Assembly (NCBI GenBank): GCA_973895155.1
Contig: OZ316897.1
Span: 15,747,375-15,811,374, forward strand
DNA from: Marsupella aquatica
Taxonomy: Eukaryota; Plantae; Marchantiophyta
Direction of reading: 5' to 3'
Length of the DNA: 64,000 nucleotides
Shown here: in pieces, positions 37,431 through 49,600 of the stretch
How positions within the stretch are numbered: position 1 is the stretch's first letter
Layout: every line of letters starts with the position of its first letter
Made by a program: the position numbers and the translations under genes
Notes under the pieces: model-generated
Told to the model about the DNA's origin: nothing
Seen by the model: only the letters and a program-made list of their open reading frames with translations
Database searches by the model: none

Positions 37431-40141
37431 TCCAGATAGAATATGACAGATTGAGACATCACTAAACTTACGGTTCATTAGAATACACTTTAAAGAGCCC
37501 CCAAAAGGGTAAGTTCCGTTTATGGTAAGACCTTAATTAAATTAATTTTTAAGATATTTCCCAGAATGATCTATCATATCACGGTGGTCCATTGTATAGA
37601 GGTCCCCAATCACTTGCTACCATTTAGGCCTTATAAAGACCTCCTCCCAAAATGCAAATAAATAATTATATATTTTTACTCCAGCTAAGTTGAAATATTC
37701 TTGGAATACTCCAAGATTGATTAAATACACTGATTTTTACAAGCTTAACCTCATAATTGTGTATACAAATAGAATCAACGAAAAGTAGGTGTAGAGAGAA
37801 TGATTGACTTTTTAAAGTTCCTTAGCTCTAATGTACCCACTACAAGTATAGTTTTTTGCATAAAAATGCCCCAACTGGCAGGCTCAATTGAGGGGGTTTC
37901 TAGTGGTGGCGTGCAGGTGGAATTTGGTCTAAGGGTGCTGTCCAGTAAGAGGCTGGAAAGGGCCCCACAAACCATAGGCCTAGCTAGATGTTTGAATTCA
38001 TTAAACTGTTTACCTATATTTCCGTTAGGATAAAGAAATTGAGTGCACCTAAAAGTGAAATGAAAATCTGCATTGAATGGCTGAAGATTTACATTTAGTA
38101 GTATCTGATATCTTTGGTATATACCTATGTAGTGGTGAAGTACTTAATCAAAGTGCTTATTGTAGCAATAATAATGCTCTTTGAAAAACACTACTTCTTG
38201 GTGCTCAGCGATGGAAAAATTTATTACTCGTAGTGCTCTTTAATTGTAACAAGTGGAGAATTCCCCCGGGGAGTTCCCATGGAGAGTTCTAAGGAAAATA
38301 AGAATTCTTAACATTCAATGTTTCCTTAGATTAAAATCTCAGGTAGCTTTGCAGTAGCTAAATTAGTCAAAACCCTCCTTATAACAAACACAAAACTTTT
38401 TGAAAAATGGAATTTTTTAATAATGCTTTTGAAAATTAAAATTTCTTTTAGTTTCAAAACAACAAAATTACTACACAAGTCCAGAAATAAGAGCAAGGCT
38501 CAATAAGAATCAATATGTTTCCCCTACTTTCCCAAGTGGGAATGTTTTTAATATTGCCTCATGGGTCACTGTGCTTTTTGCTTTCTCCTTTGTGGGGTTT
38601 TAGTGGTCTACTTTAAAGATAGAAACCAAGCCAACAGGATGCATTCCACTGTCTAACAGAAGACAAAAACATATATACCAAAACCTAGAGAACACAGTCC
38701 AATAAGTTAGTAATAGAAGTAAATGTTATAAACCTGATCAATGAATCTCATAGGCAGATATATACAAATGCATCATTCCCAACCCTGGGTATAAAGTCCT
38801 CTTGATAAGGCAAATGGCAAATTCTAATTTGTTACAATGACTTTAATTATATCCAAATGACCATGTTAAGCTTCATTATAGTCTGACTATTACTTCAACT
38901 CTTGTATCTCTCAACTCAACGAATTCAAATACATAATTGTCTTTCTAAGAAAAATCAAATTTGCTTCTCCAATTGTATGTCTAAAAAAAATTGATCATTC
39001 CCAAATTTAATGTTTTTTTAGCAGATTGGTCTACATCCAAACTAGTGTATTATCCACAGGTGCAATACAATTTGCACCCATTAGTAAGCCACATGATACT
39101 GCATGTTTTATAAGGCTAGAACTTGTAATCCAAAACTATAATAACATGTTGTGTCTTTTTGAATTAATTTTAATTTTTTTAAAGAAAATATGTGAAACCC
39201 CACAAAAAGGGAAGAGTCAGCCACAATAGTTGAACCCAAGACCTATCAGTCTCTACTCAAGTGAGCTACCACAAATTCATCCCTCTCCTTAGTTTGGCTG
39301 TTGTGTCTTTTTTTACAATGGTCATCGTACAAAATTGCAGTTCCAAAAGTAGAAGTACTCAACAAAGAGAAGGCATAAAATCAACAATGAATCAAATATA
39401 GCCCCGACCAAAGGGAGTGGAAACCTTTCCACAAAAAAATGAATCAAATGGGTGAAGACAAAAGACATTAATTGTGAGATTAAATAGAGCTAATGATGTT
39501 GCATGCACTAGGATCAAGAAGTACCCTCAGTGTACCATCATCAAAGCACAAGAAGAAAACATTGACTACAAAGTGCATTGATGAGGAAAATTTGATTGAA
39601 TAAAATCAAATTAACAATCCCTTAGATGACACAACAAAGGGAGAAGTTTAATAAAATTTAGGAGTTTCTATAGATACCAAAACTTCCTTAGCATTTTACC
39701 ATTATAATACCCTATTTGACCAGAAAAAGTCCATTATCGATCCATTTACAAACTCAAGAAAATTGGGAACCAATCCAAGCTCTTCAGTTTCAACGTACAT
39801 ATTTTCTCTACTTGAAAGCGTTAATGTCTTCATCTTTATATATTTTTACACCTCGTCATCTTTTTTGTGACCCTCAACATTTTTTTTCTCATCTGGACTT
39901 CTTTTCTTCACCTTGACATCTCTTCTTCTCATCGATTCATTTGACATCTTTTTTCAATTTGACATCTGACCTTTTTCTCACCTTGCCACATTTTTGTGTC
40001 CTTAACACCACAACATCGTTTCCTCACCCTCAACTCTTTTCTCTCCTTAACATCTTTTCCTCAGACATCTTTACATATTTTTCTCACCTTGACATCCCTA
40101 TTTCTCATCGTCTTTTCTCCCTGCTTTTCTCACCTTGACAG

Positions 40142-40461
40142 CTCGGGGGTTTCACTTTCACAAAAATGGCATATCACGTGCGACAAAGTATAGGGTTGTT
40201 TTATTGGTTTGGAGGGAATACTTAAGAATTTTTGTAGAAGAACAATAGGGTTATTTAAATCCAATTTTGAGATTTATAAGAACATTAGGGTTTTTTAATG
40301 AAAATTCTGGAATATTCCAAGAATATTCTAGCTTATAGGGTTTAGGGTTTAGGGTTTAAATAAATAAATAAATAATATTTTTTCTTACATTTTAGGGGCC
40401 CGTCCAAGGCCTAAAAATGTCGTAGGTGATGGGGAGGTCTCCATATAATGAGACCCCCGAG
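40142..40461. mobile_element. hAT-like MITE (subfamily 2)
   Basis: CTCGGGGGTTTCAC...GAGACCCCCGAG with TSD CTTGACAG/CTGGACAG. Absent from the inverted paralogue at ~7405-7415 (empty site). Confidence 0.88.
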
Positions 40462-42039
40462 CTGGACAGCTTTTCCTTACAGGCGGCCTCCACATGACTT
40501 TTGTCACCTTGCATAGGGAGATTTCCTCATAATGGTATATCTGGTTGACCATGTTAGTTGTATTTTGTTTGTTAAATTAACTTTTGTATCCCTCTCTCGG
40601 GGGTGTCACTCTATGGAGACCTCCCCATCTCCTATGACATTTTTAGGCCTCAGACCCCCTAAAATGTAAGAAAAAAATGTACTGAACCATGGCCTGACTA
40701 TCTATCTAAACACACCTTGCTCAATCTAAACACAACAAAATGTTGAACACTTGATCCCAATTAAAACAACTTAAGCTGGGGTAAACCTTGCTTGCCGGTG
40801 TTCACGCTTGAATAAACAAAGCCATAGTCACAGGGTGGTCATGCATAAAAGTGAAACCTTTGTGTACTCATAGCATCATGATTGGTGCTAATGATGGCCC
40901 CCTGGAAGGCCCAAATGACAGACGCTTAAGTCTTGAAATTCAATGGAACTATCAAAATGATATGCCAGCCATCAATGAAACCTACACGTATTCATAAACG
41001 GACTCATGGATCAAGTGAATAGCTCATGTTAATGGCATTGTAACTAAAGACTTGCAATGGAGCTATCAAACCAGGTTATCATAATGACATTAGTGCCAGT
41101 CATATTTGGTGGGTGAGAGTCCCGGTGATTGAGAGAAATTATGAATTTGTGGTGACTTCTATTGAGAATAGACGACACTTGTAACAGTAAGCACATGACA
41201 CATCCAACGAGCAAGTAGTCGACACAAGAGATACGTGGTTCACCTCCTCGAGGCTATGCCCACGGGAACACACAAGAGAGCTTTACTGAACTCTAAGCCC
41301 GTCGCTATACCAAGTCTCCGCAGTGTAAGCTCTCCTCATCTCTCAAGTGGCTCCATAACAATGAGCCTAAGTTCCACTTATCCAAGCAAACATCGCTTGG
41401 CATATATAGTGTGCATCCTAGTTAACCTAACCAAGTCTCCGACTACGATTAGTCTAACTACGGTTACATGCCGTAACCCTAGACCTTGAGTAAATACCTA
41501 ACAACTTCCAAGTTGAGTTTAGTAGTAGTTTCCCTACCCCTGGGGTGTTGAGCACAGACAACCAAACCAATGGTCTAGATTGGTGACATATTTTCTCAGT
41601 GAAGCTGGCAAGCAAAAAAGTGAACAAATGTCTATGGCACGAGATAGTGTGAGGAATCCAACTCTAGCAGGAAGGAAGGGCAACGCCCCAGTTGCAGCAC
41701 ACTTGGTAAGTCAAAGTCTAAACTTCCACTAACTTTTGGTATGTGTTCACAACTTTGGGATGTATTTATAATTTTGGCATGTAACTTGCAATGACTAATA
41801 TTTCTATATAATCATGGCTTTGACAGAAAAATTTGAAGGGAGTAAGTCCTACCAAAGAAGATGTCCGGGCTGAAATCAGAAGCATGAGAATGAGTGAGTT
41901 AAGTGATGCTTCTAAAAAGGTATATGCTAGACGCCTTGCACCCTGTCTAGCAGACCTTTTGCTAACATTAAATAGTTATTTGAATTTATAAATAAATGCA
42001 TGTTTATCAAAGCATTTGACATATATTTCATTGATTAAT

Positions 42040-43815
42040 TTTTTATTTTATTTTTATTTTATTTTTTAAATTATTTTTTTAAATCCAAATTTTACTCCGC
42101 TTGAACCCCACGGACGGGGAAACAAGCAGGCCCAGGGGCATCATAAAGCCCATGAAGGGGTGAAAAAGTACATAGAGGTTCACATTCAGAACCAGGAAAG
42201 AGCCACAGCTCAAAGCAGCGTGGGCAGAAGCAAGTAAAGCAAAACCAAAAGGAAGGAGAGACGCTCCTTTCCATGTAAAGACCAATATACTAATAAAGTC
42301 AGCAGCATCCACTTATAGAACAAACTAAGATAGCATCCCTCAGCACCAAAAAAACAGCGTGCAGCACACTGCTAATGCACAGAGCGCAAGTGCTCAGAAA
42401 GCTAATGTGACCCTGACATCATTCCTCATAATCCTGGTCCTTTCCCCTTCTAACAAGGCAGTGGCCCCAATTAGACGCGACCGCTTCCGGTTAGAGCTGG
42501 AGGAAGTTGCCACTGCAGACAAGTGATCCAAGGCCCCCGAAATGATAGAGATCGTGTCAAAAACTCGTTTCTTCGTCAAATCAAAGGTTTGCTCATTCCG
42601 AGCCAACCACATGCTCCAAAGGATCTGGTATATCAGGAAAGCACGAAGAGTACTCAGTGAAACTTTTCCCCTGCATGACAACAGCAATTTGAGCAGACCA
42701 CGACCCTGGCCGATGATCAGTCCATTCATCCACTCCCCGGCCACACTCCAGCAGTATCTAGCATATCTGCATTGACAGAAAAGATGAGGTAATGTTTCGA
42801 CCTCCCCAAAGCATAGCACACATAATCCGTCAGATTTTTTAAACCGAAGTGCCCTAGAACCAGAGAAGAGTCTCTGTGCTAGGATTCTCCAAATGAAGGT
42901 CTTCGCCCGGGAAGAGAGATCAGAGGTCCACAATACCATCCAAATCCCACTCCATTCCAACTCAGACAGTGATTCATCCCAGATTCTATTGAGTCGAATG
43001 AAATCGGAGCCCTTAGTTCTCAGTAACTCATAAACCCTGTGATTAGGTCATCCAAAAGCTCTAGGTTTTGAATCCGAATCCAACCATCTCCAAAGACCAG
43101 CTGGGGAGTCAGTAATGTTTACACCGTAAGTAGTTCCCTGTATAAGTCGAAAGAGCCTAAGACAACTATCTTTGTCAGACTCAACTATATTCCTCAAATG
43201 CTGCATTCGTTGTGTTAGATCCTTCCATGCACAGTCAGTCGCAGACCAGAAATCTTTCACCTTGCGTACTCCCAATTTACCACATATCTTCACCATCTCT
43301 CCTCTACCTTCCTCTGGTAGGTTATAGAAAGAGTGCAAGCATCTCAGGAGATCTTCCACACTCCAGTGCCCTGGGATGGTACCATTTCCAGGGCAGAAGA
43401 TCAAATTTTCCCTCACCTGCTCCCACGCCGTCCAGATCTGTCCAGTGTACAGGAGATTGCCAAAGGAATCGGGGTGAACACAAAAGTAGTTTATCCTTCA
43501 TTGAGTACTGATTTCTACGAAAAACCCTGAAATTCCTCCAGGATGTTAGCTTCAAATTTTCATCAAACATCAGTGCCCATTCCGACTCAGGATGATCAAT
43601 CACTCCAGTGAACCATTTACTTAAGAGAGCAGCAGAATGGCATCTAAATTCCTTAAGGCCCAGGCCACCGTCAACCCTTAGGCCTAGATAGTCTCTCCCA
43701 AGCCACAAGTGGGATCTTCTTACCTCCAAGTCTGTTGGCCCCCCACAGAAAAACCCTGCTCAAAGCTGTCAATTTTTTAGCCAATGCATTTCTAGTCATA
43801 GAACTTTACAATATT
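42040..43815 (-). mobile_element. 5'-truncated, frameshifted L1-type LINE (end of ORF2 with zf-RVT, 3' UTR, A-rich tail)
   Basis: FLWG..KIPLVAW..PK/GGLGLK and AKTFIWRIL..CVLC..ETLPHLFCQC..LWSMWLARNE motifs. T-rich tract at 42040-42080 corresponds to a poly(A)-like tail. Confidence 0.85.
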
Positions 43816-43839
43816 TTAACAGATCATGTTACAATGATA

Positions 43840-45307
43840 CAGAGCACTGGATTCTCTAGCATGACTATGATCTCAGATCGGTTGGCCAAGATGGAGTCCA
43901 ACCTCCCCGAAGTGGAAAGCCAATTGTCCCAACGTTTGGATGGTGTAGAATCATGTGTTGGGAATCTTATTGAGAAGCATGAATCAAAATTCAAGATGCT
44001 CATGCAAGCAATTGTTGGCTTGAAGAACGCCATTGAGGTTAGAGATGGAAGTGCCCCACCATCTGCTCCGTCATCTCCAAGTATGACAAATCTTCTAAAG
44101 AGCATGTGTAAGCCAATGTCAGCGGAGGTGGGTCCAAGTCATCATCCTCTGCCAACTGCCATTCCAGGTACATTCTTCTGACATTTAAAGAGTATGTTCT
44201 ACATTTTAGATTTTGTTTTTTGTACAATATTTGTTTTGTTATCTATGCTTAGTTTGATTTTTATTATGCTATAATTCAAGTGTTCCTTCTTGGGTGCTTG
44301 CATGTAGAGCATATCAACTCAGCCGTTCCAGCAAAACCTCCATCTAAGGGCAAGTCTAGATGCAACTTGGGGGCAACCAAGTTTGGGGAATGTTCCAACG
44401 AGATGCTGACACAGAGTATTCCTGCTCATGTGAGAGTACAAGAGCCAGTGCCTAAGATGGGTATGGCATGCGTGACAGTAAACAGGAAATAGGTTTATTG
44501 GTACCAGCAAAAATTTTCCTGTTACCAGAAAAAAGTTACTGTTACCAGGAAAAATAACCATGTCAAAATATTTTCTAAAAAGTCACATTTTCCAAAAAAA
44601 ATTAAATTACAACATTTTTTGGCTAGCTTTGGGCGCTAGCTTTACCAGCGTCGGGGGCTAGCAATTTTTTTTTTTTAAATCGAAAAAAAATTCAAATTTT
44701 TTTAAAAAAAAATATTTTAAAAAATTTACCACTCATTTTCCTGTTACCAATTTATGTTTCCTGTTACTGTTTGCTGTTTGCTGTCGTTTATAAATACCCC
44801 CCTAAGATTGCTGATGGTGCAATTGGTGCAACAGATGTTGGTTCAACAATAGAGAGCAGGCATTTGTCTGAACAGGATTGTGTGGAGATTGCACAGGTAG
44901 AAGCACCTACATCATTGCCTGGTCCTAACAAAGTTGCTATTGTCACCACTCGTAGCAAGGGCATAAATGTGGATCATAACATGCCATCCAAACCTACAGG
45001 GAAGAAAAGGCGACGAGAAGATGCTAAGCTAGGTCCAATATTTAAGAAGGACATTGTATACCACTTGTTGTCACCAGAAGATCCGCAGGCTTGTGTGGGG
45101 TTTGGCAGAGTGCTACCCAACCAAACTCTTCTACATGGAAAGGAATTACCAGGCGGCTATGTGGTTGTTTTTTTGATGTGGATTGCCAACCCAAAATGTG
45201 CTCTACCTTTTCCAAAAATTTTAGATGATCCACCTCAGACTACACTTGGGGATGCAGCTCAAACCTACATAGCATGGCCAACAAAAAGTATAGGAGGTCC
45301 CAAATGA
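43840..45307 (+). pseudogene. CACTA TnpA-like accessory gene, 3' exons (Tnp1/En/Spm-like C-terminal domain), interrupted by a MITE
   Basis: VGFGRV....LHGKELPGGYVVV......LPFP......TLGDAAQTYIAWP is the CACTA-associated C-terminal motif. Coiled-coil exon at ~43840-44167. Confidence 0.65.
44459..44800. mobile_element. Foldback MITE inserted in the CACTA exon
   Basis: Ends GGGTAT...ATACCCC with internal inverted ACAGTAA(A)CAGGAAA motifs. TSD CCTAAGAT at 44451-44458 and 44801-44808. Removing it restores VQEPVPKIADGAIG. Confidence 0.8.
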
Positions 45308-46668
45308 AAGCAATAGCTTGTTATTGCCAGCTACATATGTTACATATTATCTAGAGTTAGAGGTTACTACATGTCACCTGCTTATCAAACGATTTACACG
45401 ACAAATACGTATTTACTCCTACTAAAATCGTTTGTTATCGTATGACGGGAACGTGGAGGGACGCTATTAGGATTCTATTGCATGTAAGATGACTATGTTT
45501 ATTTCCGCTCCCGGAAATATAGTTTTTGATCAAGTCTATCGACTAGTCCCACTCTGCTTTTGATCAAGTCCCATGGACTACGCCACACACACACTCCTAC
45601 TGGTCGTCGGTGGAGTGCTGTCACCACCCCTCCTACTCACATGGTTGACCAAACCGTGCAAGGATTCCTTAGACGCTTCTTGGGGAAAGAACACAATCGT
45701 GAATCAGAAACGGTAACACCACACCAAAACTTGAGGAATCAAACCAAATCCATATCTTTTGGCAAAACATTGTAACACATTGCAAGGACAACCCGGCCTC
45801 CTGCCGTCTGCCCAACTACTGCCTCACTGGAGCAAGTGCTACACCTCTACCTCACTACTCTGGCTTGATTCCCTCTTCTGGCTATGAGCTAACTTCCCTA
45901 AGCAAACACTAGACTGAGTTCCTCCCCCCTTTACTACGGGGCTCCCCCCTAAATACTGGAAAAAAACACCAAAGCACCCCTCACGGAGTGGCAACAACGG
46001 CGGCAACCCTAGCGGCGCTGCCAAAAACATCTAAGAGATAAACTAACCTAAAGCGTGTGGCACACACACGCTGTGAAAAACCCTAGCCCACTACGGTACC
46101 AATGGTGCCTTTGCCGGCACTAACATCCAATCCGTAGTGCATGAAAAGCAAGGGCCCTACACTAGTTTGAAGCTGGGAATTACTCCCACTACTCACTAAA
46201 GGAACAGGGTAAACAAGAAGCCTTAAATGATGAGTAACAAGCCCATACTTTAGGAACTCTAGCCAAAAAATCAGAAAAACAACGAAAAAGTCAAAAAAAG
46301 TGCAAAAATTAGCACCTATTTTAGAGCAAAAATATGGAGCGAACAAAATATGACATAAACTAGCTATGTTTTGACACCTAAAAATGACCAAATTCATCTG
46401 AAGTTACATTCCACCAATAAATGATCTCAAATACAACACTATTATCTACAATGGTCTCACAATTACACGAGGTGTCTTTTGAAACAACAACTAAATCACC
46501 TCCAAAAGCCATTGTCATTTAAAAACCAGAAAATAAATTACTACAACTTAACCTGATACACATTATTGTGAAAAGAAGACAAGGAGAATAGAAATGACAC
46601 CATCTAATTGAATTGAAACACAACCCACTAAGATAATATTAAACTACAAATTTCTCAAGAAACTTTAA

Positions 46669-49600
46669 CCATGAATTCATGAATAAGTGGTAAAGGCATT
46701 TTGAAAATTTGTAAATTTTCAAGTTATCCATGTTTTTCAATGGTAATGTCATAAACAATAACTACTTTTCATTACTCAGATCCAGAAGTTCTCAATTCTT
46801 GAAACGAAATATCCCTAGATTTATCTCCTAGCGGGGTTCTAGTTGATCCATTCTCTTGTTCTTGCTCTTTCTCTTCTGCCAAAAATTCAGTCAATCGGAT
46901 TTTGATTTGATCTACTGTCTTTTTGTACAATGTATCAGATTTTGTCAACATGAAGTTGTAAGCAAAAACAGTCGTTGAAGATAAATCAAGCTCTTGGTGA
47001 AACCATATTGGTTTCAAAGTTCCTTTCCCACGACCACTTTTCTTCTTTTCGTAGTTTAAGACTTCTGGTAAGTACTTGGCTTTCCAAGGATCTGACCCGG
47101 TTTTTGGAGCATGCCATAAAACATAAATCATTTTTGGAATGTTGAACTCGTCGCGCTGGTCAATTCTTTCCACCTTGGCCACCCAAAATGTTTCCGATTC
47201 TTCTCCAGCAACAGAAATATAAGTGTTGACTTCAAGATCCGAAAAGTCTCCTTCCATATTCTCCTTCTCTGCATCTATCTTTCCTTGATTCCGATAAGGA
47301 CCCACGTATATATCTCTGGTAGGTCCGTATACTCTCTCTTCAATTTCCTCTTCATTGACAAGGACTCTGGGAACTTCAGCAGCAACAGCAATCTCCCTTT
47401 GGGAGCGTGGCCATTGAAAAGGGAAAATCAATGGTCTTTGATCAAGGAGCAAAGATTTATTCAATTCCCATTGCTCTTCAAAAAACATTCTCCACCAGTT
47501 CACTTCCTCTTCTGAGAATAAAGTTTCAACTGCAAGTATTCCCTTTTGAATCTCATTTAACGAATCATCCATCTCCTTCAAAGTCATTCTTGAAGAACTA
47601 GACATATTTGGTTGAGTCCTTGTAACGTTCTTATCCCCCTTTTTGAAAAGGGGTAATCCGGGAGCACAACCCATCACCTTTTCTGGCTCCTCTTCCCTCA
47701 AAAATTTCACGCCTCCGTCAGGTTTCCAAGTTGAGTCCGTGGAAAACTTCTTCCCCCATTGGGTTGGAACTTGATTTTCCAACTTGTCAAATGCAAATTT
47801 GTACTGGTGGTGGAAGGTAACATTTCGAATCCTTTCAATGACTAAAGGTGGATCTGAGAAGGCATATTGACGGAAATCATATGTTTCCTTTAAAAGAGCG
47901 ATATTTGGTTGGGGTTGATATGATTCACAAATAATATCACATAGGCTTTCGTATGTGAATGCCTTAAACCTTGCTAGTCGTTTAGAAAATCGACTGAACA
48001 TTTGATCTATTTGGTCGTGTGTGTGTCCAACCAACAAGAATCCTAGTTTGATTTTCCGAAAAACCTTTCTTCGAATCAACATATGAAGATAGGCAAAGAG
48101 TAAATTATTTTTATTTTCTCTACTGGTATTATCAAGTTGAAGATAGAGAACAGGCGGCAAGCCACCAGGCTTTTCTTCCCATTCGTGAAACACCCTTTGC
48201 AGGATTGTGACTGTCAAGTTTCCATCATTATGCAATACAGGATAATTAAGAAACACTCTTGAAAATAGTGCACCATTGAAAACCAGGCATCCGACAACGT
48301 GCATTTGGATCAAACATGTTTCGTCCACCGATTTTGGGGGCTGCGGCCAATGAGGCAACCTTGTCTTCTTCTGATCCATCCCATCAATGACAACTCCCAA
48401 ATATTTATCAGAATTTGAAAAACATTTCTTACGATGCTTCGCGAGTTTCTCACGTTCTTTGGATTGTTGGTCTCTATGTTTTTGTAACATAATTTCCCCT
48501 CGCCCTGGAAAAACAACTTGTTAGTTTCTTCAAAAAAAATTAGAAATCATGTGTTAAGCCATATTCTTGAAACAAAAACTTGTCAAACTTGTAAGCAACT
48601 TACTCTTTTCGGTCTTCGAGACAGCTTTGTCCCGAATTGATTTGAACTCCTCGCAATCCGCGCAAGCACTGAATCGATTGATTGGAGGAATCTTCACATG
48701 ACCAAATTCTTGAACCCAAACTTTCAAGAATTGTCGATAGGATATTTTTGAAGATTCATCAATCTTGGCATAGTTGGAGTCGTAGATCTTCCATACCTCC
48801 AGCTTTGAATAATTATCCGGTAAATGTGAAACTTCTTTATTTGGCAATGTTTCCACGCGTGTCTCAAAAAACGACCTAAGCCAACTGACCAAGACTAATC
48901 TTTTAACAGATGGAGGGCGTCCAACTGGTTTAGAATATCCTAAGTCTTGGTTGTCTAATTTCAAAATTCTATTTAATCTATGATTGCCAACGCAAAATAT
49001 AAGCTTGAAAGCTTTCCGACAAATACTCTTTTGACCAAACGTGTAAGATATAGTCTGCCTCCCTCCTTCATTTCCGTCTCGCTTTATAAGCCACTGCAAA
49101 GATAAAGATCGATCCTGAGATTTCTGCCTCAAAAATTTAGAACGGGCCTCACGAATTTCTTTTGGAGATAGACTTAGGAGACAATGACTCTGACAACAGT
49201 ACTTACTATTTGTTTTCTTGATATCCTCCTCTTTCAACTTTGTTTCACACAAAGTGGCGTTGCTCGTACGTTTGTAACGACTAGATGCCACCGGAACATC
49301 ATCATCCTCCCCACTCTCCGAAGACTCGCTTTCATTCGATGATGAAATGGTCACCAACATTTGCTTCTGAACATGCCTAGATTCCAGACCTGCAGCCTTC
49401 GGAGATGGAGGCTCTTCCTTCACTCTATGCACCCTTGGAATACCTGGGCGTATTTCAGAAATCCCTCCATTACCGTGTAGGGACCCTTTCAATATTTTCC
49501 TAGGGTCCCTCTCCACCAGGTTGGTTTCCCTGTTTGAGTTTCCGTGACTTGATCTGCTCCCTGCCCCAACACCATGACTCCTAGGTAAAACTGAGGAACG

